Under the pieces are notes generated by a model. It did not search any database. It worked only from the letters and a program-made list of their open reading frames with translations, and was not told the origin of the DNA. A DNA stretch of 64,000 bases from an uncultured Chloroflexia bacterium (GTDB taxonomy: Bacteria; Chloroflexota; Limnocylindria; Limnocylindrales; CSP1-4): the NCBI GenBank assembly GCA_963721015.1, contig CAVRHM010000006.1:141399-205398 (forward strand), given 5' to 3'. Shown here piece by piece: positions 38,496-48,483 of the stretch. The translations under genes and the position numbers were made by a program. The number at the start of each line of letters is the position of its first letter. Positions within the stretch are counted from its first letter, which is position 1.

Positions 38496-40177
38496 CGGCC
38501 TTTCCCGCCCCCGAAGAGCGTCCCGAAGATGCCCCGGACGATGTCCTGGCCGAGCCGTGACGTGGCGACCTTGCCGCCGGTCCGGATGGCCGTGTCGATC
38601 GTCCGCTGGCGAGCCTTGGCCGCTTCCTGGGCCGCCTTCGCCTCGGCCCGCTGCTGGCGCTCCGCTTCGCGTGCCGCCTTGGCCTGCGCCGCCTCGATCG
38701 CCTTCTGCTGGCGCTTGATCTCCCGCTCCACCTGGGCCGGCGTCATCGAGTTCATGCCGGCCGCAGTGGTCGGGTCCACCCCGGCCCGGATGGCGGCGTC
38801 CTGCGACGCGCTGATGGCCGCCTGGCGGGCGGCGACGATGCGGGCGCTGATGCGTTCATGGGCGCTCTCGCGGTCGACCGCGACGCCGTACTTGGCGGTC
38901 AGCGGGCTCATCGCGATGTGGCCGCGGAAGACGACCTCCTCGATGGGCGCCATGAGGGAGTCCGGAGCGACCAGGCGGGTCGCGGCGAGTGGCGTCGGGA
39001 CACCCTTGGGCGACAGCACCGTGACCAGCGCCTCGCCCGTGCCGAGCGACGTCAGCGTCGTCTCGACGTCGTAGAAGTCGGTGACCGGGAAGGTCCGCGC
39101 CGCCTTGCGCAGGTTGTCGGCATCCTCCGGGGTGAAGGCCCGGAGCGCGTGCTGGACCCGGTTGCCGAGCTGGGCTAGGACGGATGACGGCACGTCCGCC
39201 GGCACCTGGGTGACGAAGTACACCCCGACGCCTTTGGACCGGATGAGCCGGGCCGTGCGCTCGATCTGCTCCATGAGCGCGTCCGACGCGTCGTTGAACA
39301 GCAGGTGCGCCTCGTCGAAGAAGAAGCACAGCTTGGGCTTGGGCAGGTCGCCGGCCTCGGGGAGCTGCTCGTAGAGCTGGGCGAGCATCCAGAGCATGAA
39401 GGTCGAGAACAGCCGCGGCTGGTCCATGACATCCGACAGCTCGAGGATGGAGATGATGCCCTTGCCGTCGGCGTCCGTCCGCAGCAGGTCCTCGACGTCG
39501 AACTCCGGCTCGCCGAAGAAGATGTCGGCGCCCTCCTGCTCGAGGACGACGATCGAGCGGAGCAGGACCCCGACCGACGCGGACGACATGCCACCGTAGT
39601 CGGCCAGGATCGGCTTGCCCTCATCGCTCGACAGGAACTTGAGGGTGGTGGCCAGGTCCTTCAGGTCAAGCAACGGCAGGTCGTTGTCGTCGCAGTACTT
39701 GAAGACCAGCGCGAGGATCGAGGTCTGCGTCTCGTTGAGATCCAGGACCTTGCCCAGGAGCAGCGGGCCGAACGAGCTGACCGTGGCCCGGACGGGGCAG
39801 CCGAGGGTGCCCGACAGCGACAGGAACTCCACCGGATGGCCGCTCGGCTCGAACGCCAGGCCCATCGAGTCGAGCCGCTCCTGGAGCTTGGGGCTGGGCG
39901 TCCCCGGCGCGGCCAGGCCGGTCAGGTCGCCCTTGATGTCGGCCACGAAGACCGGGACGCCGGCCTTCGACAGCTGGCCGGCCATGACCTGCAGCGTCTT
40001 CGTCTTGCCCGTGCCCGTTGCGCCGGCGATGAGGCCGTGGCGATTGAGCATGGACAGGGCGACCTGGACGCGCGTGTCGTTGAACAGCTCGCCGTCGTGC
40101 ATCGCGCTGCCCAGGACGATGGTCGGCTCATCGAGGGTGTAGCCGGTCGTGATCGCGTCGCGGAACGCCTGGTCCAT
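38492..40177 (-). CDS. HerA-like ATPase (DUF853/YjgR family)
   Basis: NRHGLIAGATGTGKT, FFDEAHLLF, LIRSKGVGVYFVTQ, QLGNRVQHALRAFTP. Confidence 0.92.
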   Translation of the reverse strand: MDQAFRDAITTGYTLDEPTIVLGSAMHDGELFNDTRVQVALSMLNRHGLIAGATGTGKTKTLQVMAGQLSKAGVPVFVADIKGDLTGLAAPGTPSPKLQERLDSMGLAFEPSGHPVEFLSLSGTLGCPVRATVSSFGPLLLGKVLDLNETQTSILALVFKYCDDNDLPLLDLKDLATTLKFLSSDEGKPILADYGGMSSASVGVLLRSIVVLEQEGADIFFGEPEFDVEDLLRTDADGKGIISILELSDVMDQPRLFSTFMLWMLAQLYEQLPEAGDLPKPKLCFFFDEAHLLFNDASDALMEQIERTARLIRSKGVGVYFVTQVPADVPSSVLAQLGNRVQHALRAFTPEDADNLRKAARTFPVTDFYDVETTLTSLGTGEALVTVLSPKGVPTPLAATRLVAPDSLMAPIEEVVFRGHIAMSPLTAKYGVAVDRESAHERISARIVAARQAAISASQDAAIRAGVDPTTAAGMNSMTPAQVEREIKRQQKAIEAAQAKAAREAERQQRAEAKAAQEAAKARQRTIDTAIRTGGKVATSRLGQDIVRGIFGTLFGGGKGR

Positions 40178-40290
40178 GAGTGCCTCCGGTGCGCCGGCCG
40201 ATGGTCGAGCTGGGGACGTCAAGGGGGTGGGCAAGCGTATCATCGGGCCCCACCCCCGAACCCGAGCGCCACGCATCCGAGGCTGCCCCG

Positions 40291-40698
40291 ATGACCGAAT
40301 CACGTCGACCGTCGACCGGCGGGTTCCGGGAGTTCCTGACCAAGAGCAACGCCCTGGCGCTGGCCATCGGCGTCATCATCGGCGTCTCTCTGGGCGCCGT
40401 GGTGAACTCGCTGGTCAACGACATCATCATGCCGCCGATCGGCGTGGCCTTGGGCAACGTGGACTTCTCGCAGATCCGGACCCAGATCGGCGAGGGTCCC
40501 GACGGACCCATCTACATCAGCTGGGGCCTGTTCATCAACAGCGTCATCACGTTCCTGATCGTCGCGCTCGTGGTCTACGTGATCGCGACGGTGCTCATCA
40601 AGGAACCCGAGCCCGTGCCGACGAAGGCGTGCCCGTTCTGCAAGGAGGCGAACCACGTTGACGCCTCGAAGTGCAAGGCCTGCGCCAGCGCGATCTGA
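40291..40698 (+). CDS. mscL: large-conductance mechanosensitive channel with C-terminal CxxC..CxxC
   Basis: FREF...NALALAIGVIIG, SLVNDIIMP, GLFINSVITFLI. Confidence 0.92.
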   Translation: MTESRRPSTGGFREFLTKSNALALAIGVIIGVSLGAVVNSLVNDIIMPPIGVALGNVDFSQIRTQIGEGPDGPIYISWGLFINSVITFLIVALVVYVIATVLIKEPEPVPTKACPFCKEANHVDASKCKACASAI

Positions 40699-40716
40699 CG
40701 CCGGCGGCCGTCGCGC

Positions 40717-41196
40717 CTAGACGTAGCCCTCCGGCACCGGGCCGACGATGTCCATCTGGAACCGGTCGGCGATCGCATCGAGCTCGGCGTCGGCAACGCC
40801 CGTCGCGAGGGCCTCGTGCAGCGCATCGAAGTAGCCGACCATGCCGGACGGCGTATACAGGTTCAGCTTGCGGCTGCCGGCTGACGCCGCCTGGAACGTG
40901 TGGACGACACCGGCCGGCACGTAGATGAACGACCCGGCCGGACAGGCGTAGTCGCGCCCGTCGATGTGCATCCGATACGCCCCAGCGACGACGAAGAACG
41001 ACTCGGCGCAATCGCGGTGCACGTGGAGCGGCGGCCCACCACCGGCCTGCGGGTCGTCGGTCTCGATGAGCGCGAAGGCGCCATCGGTCGCGGCCCCGTC
41101 GGCGTGGACGAGGACGTCGAAGGCGCCGAGCGGGATCACGCGGGCCTGACCCGGCTGCAAGACATACGGCCCGTTCGCGGTCCGTTCAGGGTCCAT
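40717..41196 (-). CDS. cupin domain protein
   Basis: GPPLHVH...ESFFV..G and YVPAGVVHTF. Confidence 0.88.
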   Translation of the reverse strand: MDPERTANGPYVLQPGQARVIPLGAFDVLVHADGAATDGAFALIETDDPQAGGGPPLHVHRDCAESFFVVAGAYRMHIDGRDYACPAGSFIYVPAGVVHTFQAASAGSRKLNLYTPSGMVGYFDALHEALATGVADAELDAIADRFQMDIVGPVPEGYV

Positions 41197-41249
41197 CGAC
41201 CATCCTCCCGTCGATCCGATGTCTGGCGCGGCCGGCCGTCGGGCCCCCT

Positions 41250-42104
41250 TCAGGCCTCCGGGGTCGGGTAGCTGCCCAGGCGGCGCACACTCGTCGTGAC
41301 CGGTCCGAGCGCACCTAGCGCGGCGGCCATGGCCGGGTCGTCGATATCACCGTCGAGGTCGATCCAGAACACGTACTCCCACGCTCGCTCACGGCTGGGC
41401 CGTGACTCCAGCTTGCGCATGTTCAGGCCGTGGTCGGCGATGACCTTGAGGACGGCGAGGAGGGTGCCCGGCTCGTTGCGGACCGCCACGACGATCGTCG
41501 TCCGGCGGTGCGCGGGCGGATCGACCAGCGGCGGAGCCGCCCAGGCGGCGGCCGCGAGGACGAGGAACCGAGTCCGGTTGTCGGGCAGGTCACCGATATC
41601 GTCGGCCAGGACCTCCAGGCCGAATAGCGCCGCCGCCCTGGGGGACAGGACGGCCGCGGCGCGGCGTTCCCCGGACTCGGCGATGGCCTTGCCGGCGCCG
41701 GCCGTGTTGTAGGTGGACAGGAGCTGCCACGGTCGGTCCCGCAGGAACGCCTCGGCCTGGCCGAGGGCCTGGATGTGCGAATAGACCCGTTCGACGTCGT
41801 CGATGCGCTGCCCGGGTAGGGCGGCCAGCGCCAGGCGGACGGGCACGACGACCTCGCCGACGATGACCAGCTCGTGCTCCAGGAGCAGGTCGTAGTTCTC
41901 GCGGACCGTGCCGTGGATGACGTTCTCGATCGGGACGATGCCGGCACCCGCGTCGCCCGCGGTCACGGCTTCGAAGACGGCACGGAAGCTCGCGACAGGC
42001 GTCCGCTCCACGTCGCCGAACGCGACGAGGACCGCGTCCTCGGCGAACGCGCCGGGCTCGCCGGCGTAGGCGACGGGTGGAGACGGGTCGCGGGTCGTCG
42101 TCAC
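41250..42104 (-). CDS. pheA: prephenate dehydratase with ACT domain
   Basis: AYAGEPGAFAE, VPIEN, SHIQALGQ, NRTRF, LESRP. Confidence 0.93.
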   Translation of the reverse strand: MTTTRDPSPPVAYAGEPGAFAEDAVLVAFGDVERTPVASFRAVFEAVTAGDAGAGIVPIENVIHGTVRENYDLLLEHELVIVGEVVVPVRLALAALPGQRIDDVERVYSHIQALGQAEAFLRDRPWQLLSTYNTAGAGKAIAESGERRAAAVLSPRAAALFGLEVLADDIGDLPDNRTRFLVLAAAAWAAPPLVDPPAHRRTTIVVAVRNEPGTLLAVLKVIADHGLNMRKLESRPSRERAWEYVFWIDLDGDIDDPAMAAALGALGPVTTSVRRLGSYPTPEA

Positions 42105-42241
42105 GCCCGCGAGTCTACGGCCCTGCGGCACGGCCATGGGCCGCCTCGGACGCGACGGCGCAGCGACGCCCGCGGTCCATGATGCGCGCCTGCGTGGCGT
42201 CGGCCCGCGGACCCCGAGGACGGGAGCCGGAGGAGGGCGCG

Positions 42242-43882
42242 ATGCGGATGGGATCCCATGGCACACGGCGTGCGCGAGCCATCGTCATCGGCTCGGTCAT
42301 GACCCTCGTCGCCGCCTGCGGCGCGCCATCACCCTCGTCTGTGGCCGGCCCCGAGGGGACGTCGAGCGCGTCGGCCGGTCCATCGGCCTCCGCCACGCCG
42401 TCCGTCGCCCCGTCGCCGACGCCCGCCGCCCTGTGGACGGACGCGACGGCCGACACGATCGGCCCGACCGCCGAGTGGTCGAACAAGGTCGAGATCGCCG
42501 ACGTCACCGGCGAGGGTCGCCCGGACATCCTGTTCGCGAACGGCGGGGACTACGAGTCGCCCGGGGCGCCGGAGCCGTTGCGCGTGTTCGCGAACGGCAG
42601 CGGTGGGTTCACCGAAGTGACCACGGACATCTTCGGCGACGCGCGCTTCCTGTCCCGGGTCGTCAAGGTCGTCGATGTCGACGTCGACGACGATGCCGAC
42701 ATCATCGTCGGTGGCACGTTCGCGACGCCGACGCGGCTGTATCGAGGCGCCGGGGACGGGACCTATGTCGAGGACGCCGACGGAGCCCCGGACACGCCGA
42801 TGAGCATCGGCGACCTCGAGGCCGGCGACGTCGACGCGGACGGAGACCTCGACCTCGTGCTGGCCGACTGGGGCGAGGGCAGCCCGATGCAGAACGCCGG
42901 CGGACCGGTCCGCCTGTGGCGGAATGACGGCGGGTCCTTCACCGCCGACGATGCCGCCATGCCGTCGGTCGCCGTACGGTTCGCGTGGGACCTGGAGCTG
43001 ACCGACGTCGATGGTGACTGGGACCTGGACACGGTCGTCTCCTGCAAGATGTGCGCGGGGAGCTATCTGTTCGAGAACGACGGGCGCGGCCGGTTCACGG
43101 ACGTCACCGTCGGCCGGATGCCGCAGTTCACCAATAACTACGAGTTCGAGGCGATGGACCTCGATGGTGACGGCGACCCGGAGCTCACGACCATCAACGA
43201 TGGCCCGGACCGCGGCCGCGGATTCACCGAGCACATCTTCCGCAATGACGGTGGAACGTTCTCGGACGTGACCGACGCGTGGTGGCCGGCCGACGCCAAC
43301 CCCGGCTTCGACGACAACATCGTCGTCTACCTCGACGCCGAGTCCGACGGCGATGCCGACTTCCTCATCGGGTCGCTCGATGGTCCCGATCGACTCCTCA
43401 TCAACGATGGATCCGGAGCGCTGACGCTCCAGACCGGGATCTTCGACGGCAGCCCGTCGGGCGGGACCCTCGGCATGGCCGCCGTCGACCTCGATGGCGA
43501 TGGCCGACTCGATGTCGTCGAGAGCCAGGGCGAGGTGGCCGGCCACGAAGCGGAGCGCGTCTATCTCGGCGTCGGGATCGCCCCGGACACGGCGGCACCG
43601 CACGTCACCGTCGGGCCGGCGGTGGCTGGCGACGACGGCACCGTGTCGATCGTCGCTCGGGTCCACGACCGCCTGACGCCGGTGCGGACGATCGACTTCG
43701 CCGACGTCTCGGTCGCCCCGACCGGCGGTGGCGACCCGATCCAGCTGCACTGGGCTGGCGGCGACCTGTGGCGCGCTCGACTCCCCGGCGACCTGGGCAC
43801 GACGCCGCTCGAGGTCTGCGCGACCGACCGCGCCGGCAACCGGTCGTGCGGCGGACCGGTCGCGATCAGCCCTGCTGTCTGA
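42242..43882 (+). CDS. FG-GAP/VCBS-repeat lipoprotein
   Basis: GGAGG RBS; lipobox LVAAC; repeated D.D.DGD.D motifs. Confidence 0.85.
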   Translation: MRMGSHGTRRARAIVIGSVMTLVAACGAPSPSSVAGPEGTSSASAGPSASATPSVAPSPTPAALWTDATADTIGPTAEWSNKVEIADVTGEGRPDILFANGGDYESPGAPEPLRVFANGSGGFTEVTTDIFGDARFLSRVVKVVDVDVDDDADIIVGGTFATPTRLYRGAGDGTYVEDADGAPDTPMSIGDLEAGDVDADGDLDLVLADWGEGSPMQNAGGPVRLWRNDGGSFTADDAAMPSVAVRFAWDLELTDVDGDWDLDTVVSCKMCAGSYLFENDGRGRFTDVTVGRMPQFTNNYEFEAMDLDGDGDPELTTINDGPDRGRGFTEHIFRNDGGTFSDVTDAWWPADANPGFDDNIVVYLDAESDGDADFLIGSLDGPDRLLINDGSGALTLQTGIFDGSPSGGTLGMAAVDLDGDGRLDVVESQGEVAGHEAERVYLGVGIAPDTAAPHVTVGPAVAGDDGTVSIVARVHDRLTPVRTIDFADVSVAPTGGGDPIQLHWAGGDLWRARLPGDLGTTPLEVCATDRAGNRSCGGPVAISPAV

Positions 43883-43891
43883 CCGATCGTT

Positions 43892-45090
43892 TCAGCCGTC
43901 GGGCGTGGACCGCGCCTCGCGGATGATCCCGCGCCGCTCGGCCATCTCCTCGTAGAGCCGTCCGGTCTCGCGGATGAACCGCTCGATCCCGAAGACTCGC
44001 GCCACGTGGTCGCGGGCCGCGGCTGCGTACCGAGCCCGCAGGTCGGGCGCCTGGGCCAGGGCCACCATGGCCGCCCGGAGCGCCGCGTCGTCGCCGACCG
44101 GGACGAGCCGGCCGGTCACCCCGTCCTCGATGATCTCGACCGTCCCGCCGGCGGCCGTCGTCACGACGGCGACGCCGGCCGCCGCCGCCTCCAAGACGCT
44201 ATTGGGGAGCCCTTCGGCCTCGGAGGCGGACACGAACAGGTCGAGGCCGCCGACCAGGGGCCGGGCATCGGGCACGTCGCCGGTCATGACCACCCGATCG
44301 GCGATCCCGAGCGCCGCGACCATGCCTCGAGGGCGGGCCTGGTCGGCCCGCCGCCGATGAATACCAGCCGCGCCTCGGGCACCGCTGCCAGGACGGCCGG
44401 CATCGCTTCCACGATGCGGTCGTGGCCCTTGGCCGGCCGCATGGACCCGACGTAGCCGACCACGGTCGCGTCATCCGGCATGCCCCAGCCGGACCGGACC
44501 GCTCGCCGGTCGGCCTCGGGCATCGGGTCGGGGATGACCACGCCGCCGCGGATGATCCGGATCGACGACCGCTCGACGCCTTCGCGTCGGGCGACGTCAT
44601 CGGCGACGGCGTCGGCGTTGGCCCAGATGAGATCGGCCGACCGCCGCGCGATGGCATCTGCGGCGCGTTCGACCGGGCCGAAGCGCGCCTTGAAACCACT
44701 CAACGAGACCCGACCGGATAGCAGCACCGGGATGCGCGCCACCGGTCGGGTCACGCCGGCCAGCGCGTAGCCCTGGAACAGCCAGGCATCGACGACGTCG
44801 TACCGCTCCCGACGACAGGTCCGCACGAAGGCGCCCGTCCGGCCGACCGCTTCGACGGCTCGGCTCGGCCGCGTCGTCGGTCGCGGCCGCCCGGCACCCA
44901 GCGCGTGGACCCTGGCCCCGGCGGCCACGGCCAGGTCGGCGTTCGGGGTCCAGCCGCCCATCAGGACGAAGGTGACATCGAAGCGGTCCCGGGGCAGGCG
45001 CTCGGCGAGCAGGATCATCTGGCGTTCGGCCCCACCGACGGTCAGCGAGGCCGGGTACATGATGCGCAACGGGCGCGCGCCGACGGGCAT
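43892..45090 (-). CDS. glycosyltransferase family 4 (paralog of 9862..11028), apparent frameshift near 44320
   Basis: IMYPASLTVGGAERQ...LPRDRFDV in ORF 44284..46317 joins EGLPNSVLEA in ORF 43892..44323. Confidence 0.85.
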
Positions 45091-45134
45091 GGGCGCGAGC
45101 ATACGATGGGACGGCTCGCCGACCGGCGGACGCC

Positions 45135-45689
45135 CTACTGGTTGAACCAGTCGTTCGTGTCGATGGCCCCGGCGTCCTCGTCCAGCTCGGCCCGTCGCTC
45201 GCGGGCGACACCAGCCGGGACCGCGGCCTTCTTGCGGGCGCGTGTCCCGGTCGAGGCGGCGGCCTCCGGGGCCCCCTCCCAGTGCGCCTCGGACAGCAGC
45301 GCGTTGAGGGCCACGAGGTAGGCCTCGATGGAGGCGGCGATGATGTTCGGGCCGCGCGCCTCGCCGGCGTACTCGCCCTCGCCGCGCTCGCCGGCCACGA
45401 GCGGCGGCGCGATGCGGACGGTCACGACCCCGATCGTGTCGGTGCCCTCGCCCAGGGCATGGATGTCGTAGGCGAGCAGGCGCGGATGGCCGTCGAGGAT
45501 CTCGGCCAGGGCCTTGTCGACGGCGCGGTAGAGCGCGTCGATGGCGCCGTTGCCCTCGGCCGAGGCCCGCCAGTGGTGGTCGCCGGCATCGAGGATGACC
45601 GCGCCGCGGCTGCGCGCGTTGGAGCCGGACGTGACCGTCCAGCGCGCGAGCTGGACGGGCGGCGGAGCGGCGTGGGTGGGATCCGGCAT
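45135..45689 (-). CDS. stand-alone LeuA/CimA allosteric (dimerisation) domain protein
   Basis: AEGNGAIDAL..A, L.AYDIHALGEGTD, NIIAASIEAY; own GGAGG RBS; no catalytic barrel. Confidence 0.85.
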   Translation of the reverse strand: MPDPTHAAPPPVQLARWTVTSGSNARSRGAVILDAGDHHWRASAEGNGAIDALYRAVDKALAEILDGHPRLLAYDIHALGEGTDTIGVVTVRIAPPLVAGERGEGEYAGEARGPNIIAASIEAYLVALNALLSEAHWEGAPEAAASTGTRARKKAAVPAGVARERRAELDEDAGAIDTNDWFNQ

Positions 45690-45694
45690 GCCGG

Positions 45695-47347
45695 CTACCT
45701 CCGGGGAGTGACGGGCGCCGTCGTGAAGTGGCGCTCGTCGCGCCGGCGCAGCTCCGCGCCGGACTTCCAGATCGCGTACTCGAGCGAGTCGGCGAGAGCC
45801 GCCGCCGAGGCTGCGATGATGTTCGTGTCGGAGCCCATCGTGGACCACGTCCGGGCACCGTCCTGGGAGTCGATGATGACCCGGGTCCGCGCCGCTGTCG
45901 CGGCATCGCCATCGAGGATGCGGACCTTGTAGTCGACGAGATGGACGTCGTCGATGGCCGGATAGAACGCGCGCAGCGCCTTGCGCAGGGCGGCATCGAG
46001 GGCGTTGACCGGTCCGTTCCCATCGGCGGCGGTGTGAAGCACCTCGCCGTCGACCTCGACCTTGACGGTGGCCTCGGCCAGGAGCTCGCGACCGTCACGC
46101 TGCTCCACGAGGCAGGTGTAGTCGACGATCCGGAACGGCGGCGCGTACTCCTGGGCGTGACGCCGGATGAGCAGCTCGAAGGACGCCTCGGCGCCTTCGA
46201 ACGCGAGGCCGTCGGCCTCGAGCTGCTTGATGAGGATCGACAGCTCGCGCGCGTCGATGACGCCTTCCAGCTCGTGACCCAGTTGCCGCGCGCGGATCGA
46301 CGTGTTCGCCCGGCCACCGAGCTCGGACACGACGAGCCGGCCGGTGTTGCCGACCGACGACGGCTCGACGTGCTGGTAGCTGCGCTCGACCTTGGCTACC
46401 GCCGCGCCGTGGACCCCGCCCTTGTGGGCGAAGGCCGACCGGCCGACATACGGCTGATAGTCGTTCGGCGTGAGATTGGCGATCTCGGCGACGCTCCGCG
46501 ACAGCTCCGTCAGGCCCTCCAGCCGCCCGCCGCCGGACGGCACCAGGCCGTGGGGGGTCTTGAGCGCGAGGTTGGCCAGGATGGACACGATGTTGGCGTT
46601 GCCGGCGCGCTCGCCGTAGCCGTTGATCGTGCCCTGGACGTGACGGATGCCGGCCGCGACCGCGGCCATCGAGTTGGCGACGGCCAGCTCGGCGTCGTTG
46701 TGGGCGTGGATGCCCCAGGTGATGGGCGGGGCGTCGACGTCGCCCTCCACGGCCGCGCGGACGTCGGCGATGATCGTCGTCAGCTCGTCGGACAGCGTGC
46801 CGCCGTTGGTGTCGCACAGGACCAGCGTCCGTGCCCCGGCCTGACGGGCCGCGCGCAGGGTGGCCAGGGCGTACTCGCGATCGGACTTGTAGCCGTCGAA
46901 GAAGTGCTCGGCGTCGTAGACCGCCTCGCGCCCGCGGTCCGCGATGAAGGCCACCGAGTCGGCGACCATGTCGAGGTTCTCCTGCGGCGTCGCGCCCAGG
47001 ACCTCGGTCACGTGGAGCAGCCACGACTTCCCGAAGATCGTCACGACCGGCGTCTCGGCCGCGACGAGCTCGCGCAGATTGGGGTCGTCCTCGGGCCGGT
47101 TGGATCGATGGCGGGTGGACCCGAACGCCGCCAGCCTGGCGGTCTGCCAGGTCATCGTCCGGGCGGCCGCGAAGAACTCGATGTCCTTCGGGTTGGAGCC
47201 CGGCCAGCCGCCTTCGATGAACGGCATCCCGTACTCGTCGAGCATCCGGGCGATGCGCAGCTTGTCGGCCAGCGACAGGGTGATGTTCTCGCCCTGGGTC
47301 CCGTCCCGGAGGGTCGTGTCGTAGACGATGACCGGCTGGTCGGTCAT
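45695..47347 (-). CDS. cimA: citramalate synthase
   Basis: YDTTLRDGTQ, EGGWPGSNPKD, AAFGST, YDAEHFFDGYK, AHKGGVH, FEGAEASFEL. Confidence 0.93.
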   Translation of the reverse strand: MTDQPVIVYDTTLRDGTQGENITLSLADKLRIARMLDEYGMPFIEGGWPGSNPKDIEFFAAARTMTWQTARLAAFGSTRHRSNRPEDDPNLRELVAAETPVVTIFGKSWLLHVTEVLGATPQENLDMVADSVAFIADRGREAVYDAEHFFDGYKSDREYALATLRAARQAGARTLVLCDTNGGTLSDELTTIIADVRAAVEGDVDAPPITWGIHAHNDAELAVANSMAAVAAGIRHVQGTINGYGERAGNANIVSILANLALKTPHGLVPSGGGRLEGLTELSRSVAEIANLTPNDYQPYVGRSAFAHKGGVHGAAVAKVERSYQHVEPSSVGNTGRLVVSELGGRANTSIRARQLGHELEGVIDARELSILIKQLEADGLAFEGAEASFELLIRRHAQEYAPPFRIVDYTCLVEQRDGRELLAEATVKVEVDGEVLHTAADGNGPVNALDAALRKALRAFYPAIDDVHLVDYKVRILDGDAATAARTRVIIDSQDGARTWSTMGSDTNIIAASAAALADSLEYAIWKSGAELRRRDERHFTTAPVTPRR

Positions 47348-48483
47348 GCCGGCACCCCGGCCTCGAGCGCCTCGATGACCGCGGTCGCGAAGCCCGTCGT
47401 CCCGACGACGACCAGGCCGTCGCCCGGATCGCGAGCATCGGCCAGGTCGCCGGTCCGCCAGCCGCCGTCGAGGGCGGCCGACACGGCGGCCTCGATGGCA
47501 TCGGCGGCCTCCGATCGGCCGAGCGACAGCCGGAGCATCATCGCCGTGGACAGGATCGTCCCGATCGGGTTAGCCCGGTCCTGGCCGGCGATGTCCGGCG
47601 CCGAGCCGTGGATCGGCTCGTACAGACCGAACGTCCCATGCTCGGTCCGGCGCTCGCCGAGCGACGCCGACGGCAGCATCCCGAGTGAGCCGGCCAGCAC
47701 GGCCGCCTCGTCCGACAGGATGTCGCCGAACAGGTTCTCGGTGACGATGACGTCGAAGTCGGCCGGGTGCCGGATGAGGAGCATCGCGCACGAGTCGACG
47801 AGCTGGTGGCTCAAGGCCACGTCCGGCTGCTCGCGGCCGATCTCGTCGGCGACCGTCCTCCACAGCCGCGACGTCGCCAGGACGTTGGCCTTGTCGACGG
47901 ACATGACCCGGCCGCGCCGATCGCGAGCCAGTTCGAAGGCCAGCCGGACGATCCGTGCGACCTCTCGCTCGCTGTAGGGCATCGTGTCCAGGGCCGTCCG
48001 CTCGCCAGGTGGCCCGGACGCCTCCTGGCGCTCCCCGAAGTACACGCTCCCGGTCAGCTCGCGGACGATGAGCAGATCGACGCCATCGAGGAGCTCAGGT
48101 CGCAGCGGCGAGGAGGCGACGAGGGCCGGATGGACCGTGACCGGACGGAGGTTGGCGAACAGGCCCAATGACCCTCGAAGGGCGAACAGCGCCTGCTCGG
48201 GCCGGACCGGCGCCGTCGGATCCGACCACTTCGGCCCGCCGACGGCCCCCAGCAGGATGGCGTCGGCCTCCCCGCAGGCCGCCAGGTCCTCGGGGCGGAT
48301 CGCGACACCGTACGCATCGATGGCGATCCCGCCGACCAGGTATTCCGGCCAGTCGACCACGAAGCCGTACCGCGCAGCCGCGGCATCGACGACGCGACGA
48401 GCCGCATCGACGACCTCCGGCCCGACGCCGTCGCCGGGGATCGTCGCGACCCGGTACCTCGGAAGGTCGGCCTCCGTCGTCAT
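47344..48483 (-). CDS. leuB: 3-isopropylmalate dehydrogenase
   Basis: PGDGVGPEV, GAVGGPKW, RPEQAL, NLFGDILSDE, YEPIHGSAPDIAG. Confidence 0.96.
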   Translation of the reverse strand: MTTEADLPRYRVATIPGDGVGPEVVDAARRVVDAAAARYGFVVDWPEYLVGGIAIDAYGVAIRPEDLAACGEADAILLGAVGGPKWSDPTAPVRPEQALFALRGSLGLFANLRPVTVHPALVASSPLRPELLDGVDLLIVRELTGSVYFGERQEASGPPGERTALDTMPYSEREVARIVRLAFELARDRRGRVMSVDKANVLATSRLWRTVADEIGREQPDVALSHQLVDSCAMLLIRHPADFDVIVTENLFGDILSDEAAVLAGSLGMLPSASLGERRTEHGTFGLYEPIHGSAPDIAGQDRANPIGTILSTAMMLRLSLGRSEAADAIEAAVSAALDGGWRTGDLADARDPGDGLVVVGTTGFATAVIEALEAGVPA

